Shown here: positions 1 through 12,980 of the stretch, one piece after another
Layout of the letters: each line of letters begins with the position of its first letter
How positions within the stretch are numbered: the stretch's first letter is position 1
Assembly: GCA_051294375.1 (NCBI GenBank)
Contig: CM119271.1
Span: forward strand, 242,721-306,720
Direction of reading: 5' to 3'
Length of the DNA stretch: 64,000 nt
Origin: Paraspadella gotoi
Taxonomy: Eukaryota > Animalia > Chaetognatha
Translations under genes and position numbers: made by a program
The notes under the pieces: generated by a model
The model's input: only the letters and a program-made list of their open reading frames with translations
What the model was told of the DNA's origin: nothing
Database searches by the model: none

Positions 1-1429
1 TCAGCTCCCGAATCTCCTCCTCGTAGTAATCGCGCAGATCAGCCAAGTGACGCGCGTGCTTTTCACGCAAGTTGATTCGGTCCGAGGACGAGTTGGAGGC
101 GCCGACGACGACGACGCCGGGGCAGGATTCGACATAGGACGACCCGGTGGAGCGGGGCGACGCCGCTGCCGCGGAAATGGAGGGAGTCGTGGAGGAAGCG
201 TCGACGCTGCGGTGGGAGGGATAAAGCGGTGCCAGTTCGACGGCTTCGAGAAGATAATCGGGAAGAGGAGCGAGAGGAGGAAAGGGGGCGTGGCCATCGG
301 CGTTGAGATCAAAAGAGTCGAAAGAAGAGCGAAGACGAGCGGCGGCGTCGTCCTCTCGGCGTCGTGGGTTGGAAGCGGCGTCGACCACGAGTTCGATGGA
401 ATCGCGCCGAAATCGAGGGACGAAACCGGCGTCGTCGTCTCGTTCTTCGTCGAGGGAGTCGGCGTTGAAGACGATCGGCGGTGGGCGTGCCGACGCCGTT
501 GAAGAGGACGCGGACGCAGGAGGAGAGGCTTCGACCTCATCGACGCCATTGTTGGCGGCGTCGAAAGTGAAGGATCTTTGCGCGAGACGAAAGGAGTGAC
601 GGGCGCTGAGCTCTTCACGTAATCTGATGGGATCGAGGTTATTTTGCGTATTAAATAGAGTATAGTGCAAGAGTATAAAAAAATAAAGATAAAAATTAAC
701 AAATCTAACGGTGAACTGTCGGGGGTAGAAAAAAAATCTTTCCGCCAAAAAAATAAATTAAGTTCAAATATATAATTTTTTTTTTGTTTCGTCCTTCAAT
801 CTGAGCGCGAACTTTACAAAAAACCGATGATGATGTTTCTCGAGTTTGAGTCTCGTTGATTTAAACCAACGACGCAGGAAAATGAAAAGACGCTTTTTAG
901 CCTTGAAAGTCGCGTTTCGATTGATATATTTAATTTTAAACATTTAAAAGGTTAGATTTCAATTGAGTATTTACAAGTACCTTTTTGTTTTTAATACAAG
1001 GGAAAACAATTCTATTTCTGCAACATTTTGTTTAACAAAATAAAATTGTTTTCACTCATTTTTGAAAATACGCTTACATGCTTCAAGCAAATATTCGCTC
1101 TTAATCATCGCGAGTAAACAAACAACCATTTTAAACTAATATTCCAAAAAAATAAAAATTTACTTAACAGTCGCCGAAGGCCACTTTAATAAAAAAACGA
1201 CCTTCCAATTCGCAGTATTTCATTTAATTAATCTCCGTCTTCCTCTCAACTTGGCGCTGATTCCTTTTTTTTATAACTCTCTCTCTCTCTCTCTCGCTCT
1301 CTTCCTCGCAATTCCAAAGACATTCAAAACTGGTTCCAAGCTTCTTTTTCTCATTCTTTCTCTAAATCATTCAACGGAACAAAGAAACTTCTAAAACTGT
1401 CGCCTGAAAGGCAGAAGAAAGAGGATGAA

Positions 1430-1489
<60 letters not shown>

Positions 1490-2310
1490 CAACTCACCTC
1501 AGAGCGGCTTTTCTATCGTCAGAAGTCGACTTCCTCAGATAAGCTCTAATGGGGGTTTCGTTTTCGATTCGCCCGTCCACTTCTCCGTCCAGCGGACGAC
1601 ATCCGTTCGTTTTCGTCCCTCCTCCTCCTCCTCCTCCTTTCTCCTCGCCCAGGTCACTCCGACCTCCGTTCCTCCTCCGCGAGGATCGATCATCCTTTTG
1701 CTTTTCCAAAGCTCGAGAATCCAAAACCAAAAGGTTTCCGTTGGATTTTTTCTCCGGAAGATAACATGAGTCATCGTCGTCGTCGTCATCGTCGTCTATT
1801 CGGAGATCGACCTTTTCCTCGACGAGCCTTTGCGGGGAGGAGGTTGAAGAGCACCCCGCTGCCGCCACCGCCTCCGCAACATCGGGAGACACGGACAACG
1901 ACTGGAGATGATAGGATGACGAAGGCGGCGTCCGCTTCGTCTTGGAGGATTTACCGAAGGGCGACTTGAAGCTGGCGTCGAGGTGGGCTTGCTTGGAGGG
2001 CGTCGTCGACGGAGAATGCTTGATGAGGGAAGGATCCTCGATCAGAGTTTGCTTGGCGGGCGAGGATGCGTTTAGTTTCGAAGGAAGATCGATTCGATCG
2101 AGAGGCCGACGCGGCGGAGCCGCAGCGGCTGTCGATGCAGCAGCGGCCGCGTTTTTGTTGTCGTCGTTAACGCAATTCGACCCCCCGTCGTTCGATTCAT
2201 CTGATTTGAATTTCCCTCTTTTTTTCGATTCTATTGCGTCGAGATATTTTTTTACTTCGAGTTTGTTTTTCGAGTTGATCTTTTCCCCGCCTTGTTTTTG
2301 GCCACGCCCA

Positions 2311-2344
<34 letters not shown>

Positions 2345-5253
2345 GACGCCCCCTCTCTGCAGCTTGAGAGGTTAGAGAGTTCCGCCCCGACGACTCCGCT
2401 TTCTCCGCTCGTTCGGGACCGGATGGTTCGTCGTTAACGTTGCTTTTGCTCCTCCTCTCCTCCTTCCGTTCTCGAGATTTGTTGTTGTCGTCGTCGTTTC
2501 GTCCCCGAAGGAACCGATTTCCTGTTGAGAGATGCGAGAGGCGATCTCCGCTCGCAGAGCATCCAACTCGGATCTGTGATGGATTTAAGAGAGGTGGGGG
2601 GGGAAAGGTGGGGGAGAAAGGGGCGGGAGGGGAAAAGAGAAATTCAGAGGGGGAAAGAATTGGCTCTCTTTTCCCAGAGTGCCTCATTTCTGTTCGTTTT
2701 CCCAAAATTTAATTTTACCATAATATTTAACTCAAATATATTTTAAATATTTATAAATTAATCTCTAACCCTAATCTTAATCTCCACCCCTAATATAATC
2801 CTGAATCCAAACCCTTATCATTAATTTTTAACCTTAACCTCTAACCCTAAATGGTAATCAAATCAAATCAAATCCCTAACCTTAATGACTATTGACTATT
2901 GAGTATTGACTAACCTAGGGTTAAGATTAAACTAATCAATTAATCATTAACCTTAACCGAATTTAAAAAACGGGAAAACAAGGCCAAAAAATTTGTGGAA
3001 GAAAAGGGGAAAAAAAAAACCTTTCATCTAATTTTCATCGAAATATATGGGATCAATTTTGAAACAAACTCCAGCCTTTTTTTGTAAACGAGGGAAAAAA
3101 ATTCTGGATAGATCTTTTTAGATTAAGAATAATCATCACATTGCATAGGAACAAAAAAAATACAAACTTTTTTACACTGATTTTTATTCTCTCTCTCTCT
3201 CTCGTCGGCAAAAAAAAGAGAAGCAAACATCTCACTTCTCTCTACTGTACTCGAGCCACACAGTTTACCTTCCCCCCCCCAATCTTTTCAAATTTTTTTC
3301 TCCCTTTAAATTTCGGGAAAAACGCCGTGACCCAGGAAATCATTTTCCGCGAACAGAAATGAGACTTTTCTCTGGAGATTTATCGGGTGTCCTTCGACGA
3401 AGACCGGGAAGACGACGCTCTCTCTCTCTCTAAGAAGCCCCGGCGAGAACGTTTAATAAACCCGCGATGGGACTCCCTGACTCTGTTCTCTCAAGGGACT
3501 CGAAATCTCGTTTTCAAAAGGGTAATTTGGCTCTTGAGGAACCCCCTGCGACGACCGCTCCGACGTTGCCGCCCCCCCTCACCCATTTGACATCCCTGAT
3601 TTAACTAAAATTTCGGGACGGATTGAGATGGAACGGGTTTGAGCGAAGCAGGTTCGACGCTTCCCCCCCCCACACGCCCCCGAAGGTCGATCGGTTTTAA
3701 AGAGGATATCGGTTAGGGACGAGTTTCAAGAAAAACGAGTAATTAGGGAGAGAAGGATCGTTTAGCAATCGGAAAAAAAACCTATCAAATTAGTAGGAAC
3801 GACACGTTTTTACAGATTTATAACTCGTTAAAAAATCCGAAACGAAATAAAACAAGTTTGAGCAAACAATGTCGGATCTGCCTACTATAATTAAGTGGTA
3901 ATCAGCTAATCTGATGATAAATCACATCAATTCTTTCTGTCTTTCAATTTGTGATCTTAACAGATCATTTACAAATATAACATAACAAATCATGACAAAC
4001 TTCTTTATAAATATACCAAAAAATAATATAATCAATTTATCTATCAATGAATCAGTAGCTGCCGCAATAATGTGGTCAACTGGCATAATTTATTCAACTG
4101 GCATAATTCTGTCATTCAATCATTTTATCTGAGAGAGAGAGAAAAAGAAAAACTTTAAAAAAAAATTTCAATTAATGTGACTTTTGTTTTTTCTATTTCT
4201 GCTCGCTCGATTCCATCAACATGTTATGTCAAGCCCACACTTTCCTACATACACACAATATTTCATCTCAATCAATCCATTTAATTGTGAATTATTTGAA
4301 TTGTGAGTAATTATAATTTAAAAAATTTAAAAAAATGGTCACTTATTTTTTCCATTTAGGACTCATTTCCACTCGCATGATTCCATTAAAACTTTATATC
4401 CAGCTCAATCGCACCGTTTCTTAACCAGAAACTAAATTTCTGCTAAATTCATCCATCCAATTAAGAATAATTAGAGTTAATGTAAGTTAAATGTGACTTA
4501 TGTTTTTTTAAATTAAACCCATTTCCACTCGCACGATTCCATGGAAACTTTTATATCCAGCTTAGTCACACAATTTCCAACAACACAAATTTCATTCCAA
4601 TCCATCTATCCAAGCACGAGTTTTTTGCTAAGGGGGACAACCACACAGATAGACGATTTAAGTGAGTCCCGAAGATTTAGGGGGGGACCGACGGACCGAC
4701 AAAGTGGAGTATAGAGTCGGGAACTGAGCAGATCCAAGAACTCGGCAGAAATAAGCAGATCCAACTAAAAAACGGACGCCAACCATATCTGCGGTAAACC
4801 GATGTAATTAACCCAATAAATGTCATCATCCCAATCGCTGTCACTTTTTGAGAATAATTATTATTTTTCGAAGAAGCTATCATCATCTTGTCACGAGGGA
4901 TAATATTTAGAAAAGCCGGGGCTGAAAAAGGAATGATTCAATCATATGTATTCTTTCGAAACCGCAGATTATATAAGAGCTCACGTTGCTTCCGTGAGTA
5001 ACAGTTAAACAACGGATTTCAGTCACCAATTGGTCCGACGCTACGATCGATCCACGCTCCGCTCCAAAACTCACCTGTGCAATTGACGGTGTAGCTCCAA
5101 CTGCGCGTCATATTCCTGACCCACTCGCGCCAGCACTCGCTCCCAACGAAGCTTCTCGTCCTCAAGGAGCGGGATTCTCGGCTTCGCTTCGATCGTTGAC
5201 CCCGCGGGCCTGGGTTGGATGAACGAGTGATGAGTGTGTGTAGTGTGTGTGCG

Positions 5254-5287
<34 letters not shown>

Positions 5288-5761
5288 CTAGAGAGAGAGA
5301 GAGAGAGAGAGAGAGGTAAAAGTTGAAACTGAGGTCAGAATTGCTCCCAAAAAAATAATTGAAACCAAAAAAAATCATAAACCAAATTAGGCAATGCAGA
5401 AGAAAAAAAACGTAAAATAATGATTTCTTTCGAGTTTTTTTTTCAGTCGAACTTCTAATCTAATTAGGCCGCGTCTTTAGGAGTCCAGGTACTCCAGAGT
5501 TCCTCTTTTGTCCAAAGCTGAAGAAAAGCATTCGTCTCAATTACCAGTTTTGATTTTATGAGTTTTGTGGTTTGAAAAAAAAACTAAGAAAGCGAGAGTA
5601 AAAAAAAAGGGGAAAAATGATAAGGAAATTGGAAAAGAATGGAGATTGGAGAGGAAAAAATAACGGAGGAAGAGAGAATTAAAAAGAAAGCGTGAAATGC
5701 AAGGGAGGATTGAAAAAAAAGGAAAGTGAACCACAGAAAGAAACCGAGTCACACACAGTCA

Positions 5762-5792
<31 letters not shown>

Positions 5793-8700
5793 TGAAGAAA
5801 ACTTGACGGTTTTTTAACGAAGAGAAAAGTTCACTGGGTGAAAGAGACGACGACGATGACGATGACGAAGAAAGGGGGAAAATTAATAGAAGGAAAACGA
5901 CGGCGTGTAATTCAACAACGAGGGAAGACGATGAACAGATCGGTGATCCCAGTTCTCACGGTTTCGAGTAGCTCGATGTCTGGTGACGGGACTCGGGACG
6001 AATCAAGGAACAACTTTATGGTCGATGAAAGGAAATTTTTTTTTTGTCAAAAAGAAAAAAGAAAGAATGATGATTTTCTTTCATTTCCTGTCTTATTTTT
6101 TTTTAAATTAGTGTGGTCGTTCTATTAGCATTTCGTAAGCGTCTTGATGAAAACAGAAGACGAGGCATCCAAATTTATTGTTCATTCCGATTCGACGCGA
6201 AAAATAAAAAACAATTGATTGGTCGCGGAATTCTTGATTGGCTGCACCCCCCCCTCCCCCAGATCCAAACCGCACGCCCCAGGCCGGCAGTAGCCGCGCC
6301 GCGACCACCCCCCCCCCCATGGACGGCGCGCGATGCTGCGGCGCGCCAGCGAAGCAGCGCACGACTAGAGAGAGAGAGAAGAGAGATAGAGAGACCGAGG
6401 AGAAGATAACCACATCGAATACTCCTCTATTTCATCTTCAGTGCCTTTTATTCCCTCTTCCCCCACGCTTTAATTTAAAGAAAAAAAAAAATTCAAATTA
6501 AATCAGATCCGCGAGAGCAAAAACGAAGGAGAGGTTGTGGCCCGCGGGGTTAGATACAGGTTATGTTCGAAGGATAATCCCCCCCCTCTCTCCGATAGAT
6601 AACGTGATTAATACGAGGATGAGTGTGGAATATCGAGATAACGAGGATGAATTCTGAAGATGAAAATCGAGATAAATTGATCTCTTTTTTATTTTCAAAC
6701 CTACTTAATTATATATAAACAAGTTTGAGCAAACAATGTCGGATCTGCCTACGATAATTAGGCGGTAATAAGCTAATCCGATGATAAATAATGGTAATTC
6801 TCTCTCAATTTGTGATTATAACAAATCATAACAGACTTAAGACGCAATGCAAGCTAAAAGCTGAAAGAGAGNNNNNNNNNNTGATTGATTGAATAATTAA
6901 TTAATAGATAAATAATTCACTAATTTAATAATTAATTGATTAATTATTAATTAATTAATTAACTAATTGATTAATTAACTGATTAATTATTTGATTAATT
7001 AATACATTTTGCATTTAAATTTAATATAAAAATAAAAAAAAGCATAATTAATTAGTGAAACAGGTATTTTGGTTTTTCCATTTAAACTCTTTTCCACTCA
7101 GACGATTCCATCGAAACTTGATTTTCCTACCCACTTACCAAATTTCAAGTTAATCGTCCCATCCACTTATTATTAATTGGCATTCAAATAGTGAAATTTA
7201 TTTTTTTATTTTTTCCATTTAAACTCTTTTCCACTTCACTTTTGCTAAGGTGGGATGGATGAACAGACAGACGGACATCGTTTTTTTGCATAATTTATCA
7301 TAATTTGATATTCTAACATGATATATGTAGTTGCCCGACAATATTGAGGGGGTGGACCGACGGACCGACGGACCGACAAAGTGAATTATAGAGTCGGGAT
7401 CTGCTTATAAGCAGATCCGACTAAAACATCTTAAAAGTATAGTGATCTCGCCAGACGTTACATTCAAAGAAAATTAATTAAAAAAATCCGGTAATTGATT
7501 GATGTAATAATAATTGATTGATTGATGTAATAATAATTAATTGAATGATTGATGTAATAATAATTGATTGTTAGATGTAATAGTATTGATTGATTGATTT
7601 ATGTAATAATAATTGAGTGATATAATATTAATTGATTGATTGATATAATAATGATTGATTGATATAATAATAAATGATTAATTGGTGTTATAATAATTGA
7701 TCGATGTAATAATAATTTATTGATGCAATGATAACCAATAATTGATATGATGATAATCAATCATTGATACGATGATTGTCATTCATTGATGCGATAATAA
7801 TCAATCATTGATACAATGATATTCATTGATGCGATAATAGTTATTTATTGATGCAATGATAGTCATTTATCGTAAATAAAACATACGTGTATGAATAAGA
7901 GAGAGAAAGAAAAAAAAAAAAGAAAGAAGAAGAAAGAAAAAAAAAAGAAAGAAGCTAGTGTTTAAATGAATCAGAAGAAGCTGCGACGGAAAAAAAGAAA
8001 GAAAAAGAACGACATATAATTAAGAGAAAGAGAAAAAAAATCTTAAAAGCATAAGGATCGTCGCAATCGCATAAGAAAAATCTGGATTGCCGACAAATTT
8101 TAATACTAAAAAAAATCAAATTTGAGAAAAGAAAATTAATTTATAAACAGAAAGAAAAATTTTATTTTGAGATTGTCAATTAAAAAAAATAAGTACCGAG
8201 GAAAATTAAAATTACAGTTTCTGAAAAAAAAAATTTATTGTCTAAAAATAAACTTATCAGCAGACGCAGCCCCTGAGAAAAAAAAAGAAGAAATAAAAAC
8301 GCGATGTTGCGATAACAAAATGATAACATACGCGAGTGCAATACCTAATTTTACAAGATCAATCCTAATTCATTTAAAAAAAAAAAATAAAAAAAACGCA
8401 CAGATAGTGTTCAGTTTTTTATTTGGGACAGGTGAAGGTGAGGACAGAGATAGTTTGTGAAAAGAAATTGAAATGGAGAGAGAGAGAGAGAGAGAGACAG
8501 TGCTTGAAAATATAATACATTATGAAATGTACAACAATGTTAAAAAAAAAATAAATAAAAGAAAAAAAATTTGTCTGTTTTGATAAAACGTAAACAAAAC
8601 ATATTTAATAACTGTCCTGACCCAATTTTAAGCACATCGATGATGAGAAGCTATATATAATTTTTCAGCTTCATACACCCAAATTTAATCATAAAAAAGG

Positions 8701-10095
8701 CGATCTATAATTTGGAACGCCGACAACAACGAAGATGCCACTTATGTGCAAAACCACAGCAAAATTGTTGCGATGATAAAAAAATAGAGAAAAGCTGGAC
8801 AGTCTTTCACATACTTTTATAATTTGCGATGGTAAAGAAGCGTAACGACGACGCTGACAACGACGACTACAGTCACAAAGAAGCAGAGCCAATCCTTCAT
8901 CCCAAGTCGGGTTTTAGCCCGTCTGGCGAGATAAAAATATATAATAAAGAGTAAAAATTAATTCCGTGGTAAACAAACAACCTGCAGCGTCGATTATAAT
9001 TTCAGGAAGCCCCCAATCAATTGAACATGTATATATCAACGATATTAACGTATCCATTTTATTACATCAAAGTCAACAACAATATCAACCCCGTTTTCAA
9101 CCCCGACCCACTCCACGCCCCCAAACCTTGTTCAAACGGCGCCACCATAAGACCCACGCCGTCATCTCCGACGTTGACATTCGCTGAAGACAACCCCCTG
9201 GCGGCGGCGTCGTCGACGACTCCGAGAGGGCGCGGATCCGAATCCGTCGCGGCGTCGGCGATGGGGCGCGCCGCGCTGGACTGATGATCGCAGATTTGAA
9301 CGCATTTGAAGGCGGGGGGCAATTTCATAAACCTATTTGGGGGGGGTGAGGCAGAAATGGTACGGGGGAGTTTAAAATCAAGTTTCGAAATAATTGTTTA
9401 TTTAAATATGAAAATATATTTTTTGTTAATCCGAATAAAAGGAAGATGTGAAAACGAAGTGCAAAATAAAAAGAAAAATCCGTCTGTTTGAAAGAAGCGA
9501 CGAGATTAAAAAAAATTTGAAATAATCCTTTTCGTTGAAAAAAAAATTCTTTGTCTCCAAAAAAAAAAAAATAAATTTTTTAAAATTTTGTTCTCGCAAG
9601 GGCGTCCTTTTTTTCGGGCTCATTCTTCTTCTCATTTTTTCTCCTTTTTCCATTTTTTAAAGCTATTTTTTTTTCACTAATGTCCTTAATTTGTCACCTT
9701 ATTTTTACTCTTTTATTTTTCCTTATCTTTAGTATCTTTACCTGTTTCTTTCCCTTATTTTTCCTATTTATTTTTCCTTTCTTTTCCCTTATTCTCTCCT
9801 TTATTTTCCCCCCCTCTTTTTTTTCCTTTCTCACCTCGGAGAATTGTCAATAGAGAGACGCGACTCGTTCAACAGGGAGAAACGAGAGGCCCGGGATCGA
9901 GGCGTCGTCGTCGTCGACGCTGCTGCTGCGGCGCAGAGTCGGGTGCAGCGGGAGCGGTCCGCTGAGGCGGCTGGAGCGGACGGAGAAGCGGCGTCCTCGG
10001 CTTCGAATGATTCAACCGCTCCAGAGGCTTTTGAAGAAGAAGGGGGAAAAAAAAAAAAAAAAAAAAAAGAGAGAGAGAGAGGAGAGAGAGAGAAG

Positions 10096-10148
<53 letters not shown>

Positions 10149-10286
10149 CGGTTTTATCCTCCTTTTATTTTAACTCTCGCGTTACAACACACTCGAGGGG
10201 CAGCAGACACGAAATACGACAGAATAATAAAGAAAGAGAGAGAGAGAGTTTTTATTCCTTTCCGTTCTGTTTTAAGACGTAAAAAA

Positions 10287-10317
<31 letters not shown>

Positions 10318-11835
10318 GAGAGTTCTTATTCCTTTCCGTTCTGTTTTAAGACGTAAAAAGGGAGAGAGAGAGAAAGAGAGAGAGAGAAAGAGAGAGTTTT
10401 TATTCCTTTCCGTTCTGTTTTAAGACGTAAAAGAGGAGAGAGAGAGAAAGAGAGAGAGAGAGTTTTTATTCCTTTCCGTTCTGTTTTAAGACGTAAAAAG
10501 GGAGAGAGAGAGAAAGAGAGAGAGTTTCTATTCCTTCCGTTCTGTTTTAAGACGTAAAAAGAGAGAGAGAGTTTTTATTCCTTTCCGTTCTGTTTTAAGA
10601 CGTAAAAAGGGAGAGAGAGAGAGAAAGAGAGAGAGAGTTTTTATTCCTTTCCGTTCTGTTTTAAGACGTAAAAAGAGAGAGAGAGAGAGTTTTTTATTCC
10701 TTTCCGTTGTTTGTTTTAAGACGTAAAAAGGGAGAGAGAGAGAAAGAGGAGAGAGTTTTTATTCCTTCCGTTCTGTTTTAAGACGTAAAAAGAGAGAGAG
10801 AGAGAGAGAGAGTTTTTATTCCTTTCCGTTTTGTTTTAAGACGTAAAAAGGGAGAGAGAGAGAGAGAAGGTTTTTATTCCTTTCCGTTGTTTTGTTTTAA
10901 GACGTAAAAAGGGAGGGAGAACGTAAAAAGATTTTATAATGAAGAAGCAATCATATGAAGAAAAGGAAACCCCGGACACGCCTGGCGCGAACGGGGGCGG
11001 GGCCCGAGACGGGGGGTTGCCCAAACGGCGGCCGAGTTTAAGTCATTTTCAAAAAAGTGTGTGGACCTTGTGTAACAAAGAAAAGATATCGGGCTGAATG
11101 ATTCGCCAATTGTCACGTTTCTTACTAATTAGGACGTGTCATTTTTACGAGGGAAGGTTGAAACTTGACACAAACCTGACAGTCTCGAATTTTACCTGTC
11201 CTTCTCGCCTAACTGCTTTTGTTACTAAATGATTTATATAAATGAGCTAAAAATATGTTTTTATCGAATCAAATATCTGAGTATAGTTACGATAGGAAGA
11301 GTGAAACAAGGAGGTGATTTAAAAAAACTTCGCATTGGCGGTCAAAAACTGTATTTATTAAATAAAAAAAACGCCCTACACAAAACTCCTTTTTTCACTA
11401 CCCCAATTTTAAAAAGAGTTTATTGTTAAAAAATTTAAAAAAGTCCAGTTAAAACGCAGAGCACCTTTCTCCCTCTTAAGCCGCGAGTCAATCCCAAAAA
11501 ATACGAGGGCGATTGAAAGTAACCGCCCCCCCAGCCTCACCCCCATCAGCCTCACCTGGAGCGATGATCGGTCGACGAATAACGTCGCCCGTGACGTCAC
11601 TGCCCTCTGGCGAAATTCTCTCCCCAAACGTCTCGCTCTCTCTCCTTTCAAAGGTCTCGCCCACGGGGTCTTGGACGTTTTCTCCTTTCGGCTCTACCTC
11701 TTCACCTCCATCGACAACATCCACCGACTTCACCCCTCCGTCCAACCCCGGAGGTTTCTCAGATTCGGCCTCGTTTCCGTCGGCGTCGCCATGGGCGACG
11801 AGAGAATCCGCTCCTTTCGTTTCTTTGACATCCAT
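1..11835 (-). CDS. MPHOSPH9: M-phase phosphoprotein 9-like (centriolar coiled-coil protein), multi-exon, 3' end beyond window
   Basis: GT-AG exons 11835-11556 (MDVKETKG...), 10027-9835, 5209-5075, 2573-1498 and 623-<1 join in compatible phases, except that 2573-1498 is one base short. The last exon, in a frame not shown in the ORF track, reads ...RINLREKHARHLADLRDYYEEEIREL, matching the MPHOSPH9 motif NLKEKHARHIADLRAYYESEI. A possible extra exon near 9127-9280 is unresolved. Confidence 0.72.
2760..2960. repeat. Degenerate (TAACCC/TAACCT)n-like hexamer tract
   Basis: Scattered ctaaccctaa and ttaaccttaacc motifs in an AT-rich intron. Confidence 0.4.
3851..4770 (-). mobile_element. Non-autonomous Helentron-associated element (HINE/DINE-1-like), family A copy 1
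   Basis: On + it starts AACAAGTTTGAGCAAACAATGTCGGATCTGCC and ends GACCGACGGACCGACAAAGTG...GAGTCGGG...GCAGATCCAACTAAAA. It has subterminal inverted repeats (GTCGGATCTGC/GCAGATCCGAC), a (GTCC)-type microsatellite, internal ~120-bp repeats and T-rich ends. The same ends recur elsewhere in the window. Confidence 0.75.
6718..7426 (-). mobile_element. HINE family A copy 2 (spans assembly gap 6872-6881)
   Basis: Same termini; hairpin GATCTGCTTATAAGCAGATC followed by CGACTAAAA. Confidence 0.72.
7490..7870. repeat. Degenerate (ATTG)n/(TAA)n low-complexity tract
   Basis: Repeated ttgattgatgtaataataa-type units. Confidence 0.7.
8036..8937. mobile_element. Dispersed repeat family B copy 1 (probable non-autonomous DNA/Helentron-type element)
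   Basis: Blocks AAATCTTAA..GATCGTCGCAATCGCATAAG and AAACAAAACATATTTAATAACTGTCC...GGCGATCTATAATTTGGAACGCCGAC..CCACTTATG recur at ~45131-46230 and ~62427-63215. Boundaries are approximate. Confidence 0.65.
10249..10911. repeat. Minisatellite: 11 copies of a ~37-bp core separated by variable (GA)n tracts
   Basis: Core TTTTATTCCTTTCCGTTCTGTTTTAAGACGTAAAAAG repeated in MPHOSPH9-like intron 1. Confidence 0.9.
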
Positions 11836-12980
11836 GCGAAGACGAACTCACCCGGAGACTTACTCAAGACTTTTGTCTCCCTCTTTTTATTAACGAGAGT
11901 GGTACTTGTTAAAAACTCGACATCGTTTTACTTTTATTTTGAGTGTTTGTTTTGGTTTTTGTTTTATGTTTATATCACAGATGCTCGACTGGAAGAAAAA
12001 TTAATCCGTTTAAAAACGCGACATTTTAAAGGCGAAAAATATTAAAGGAAAACTGGAAAACCTTCTCTCCATCTTTAAAAGAAAAAATGATGCTCATAAT
12101 CATAATGTGGTATAGATTTAAATTTTAAAAATAAAATAAGTTTGTTTTGGGCATCATCTTTTAAAAGTCACGTATAAAATTTAAATTTAAAAAAACCCAC
12201 GTCCGAAAATAAACTCCAATGAACTATATTGGCATATAAATATAATTCCAGCAGCTGGACTCCAGCTAAAAGGTAAAACCCGAAAACGACGTATTGGTTG
12301 GAAAAGTGTGATAAGAAGACAGCTTGCAAGAGAGAAAAAAATGACGAGAATAAAAGAGCGTCACAAAAAAAGTGAAAAAAAAATCACTAATCGATTTCTT
12401 CTTCTTTTTTTTTCACGTCAGACAGATAAGAAAAAACCAAGTGCTTTGTCCGCACAGCAGAAAAAAATGCACAAATATCAATCGACGTTTTTATCGTTGT
12501 AAATCTCAATAATAATGTAACTTCCCCCTCCCTCCTTGGTCAACCTGACCCAGTTTCCCACGGTCTCGGTCTCGGTCTCTCTCTCTCTCTGTGAAAAAAA
12601 TCGATGATTAGCTCGAGAGTTTAGTTTCTGTCGTCTTCGAGCCAATTCGACCATTGGAAAAGAAAAGAAATTAATTCGATAATGTTTTCTACGGGGGTGT
12701 TCAACCGCTTTAATCGACCACTTAAAATTCAAATAATAAGTCAATATTAAAAAAATAAACTTTTTTACATACTCGAAGTAATACACTGTAAGAGTATGTA
12801 AGAGTAATGTCCATTTAAAAATATATAGTAATCGTCACCCGTGCAAAACCTATCCGTTTTCTCCATCAAAGTAACCCATCATAAATTGATAAAGCTTATC
12901 TTTTCACCCTGACTAATTTAATTTAATCGCATTGTGTTATTAAATAACGAAATTTTAATAAAAAAAACCCCAACTCCACT

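Noticed and set aside
1-702. 233-aa ORF from the track as the real protein
   Set aside because: Splice phase and the MPHOSPH9 motif point to a different minus-strand frame starting at the acceptor at 623.
2760-2960. Telomeric array
   Set aside because: Too degenerate and short, and located inside an intron.
10249-10911. CRISPR-like pattern of constant repeats with variable spacers
   Set aside because: The spacers are only (GA)n tracts, there are no cas genes, and the context is a eukaryotic intron.
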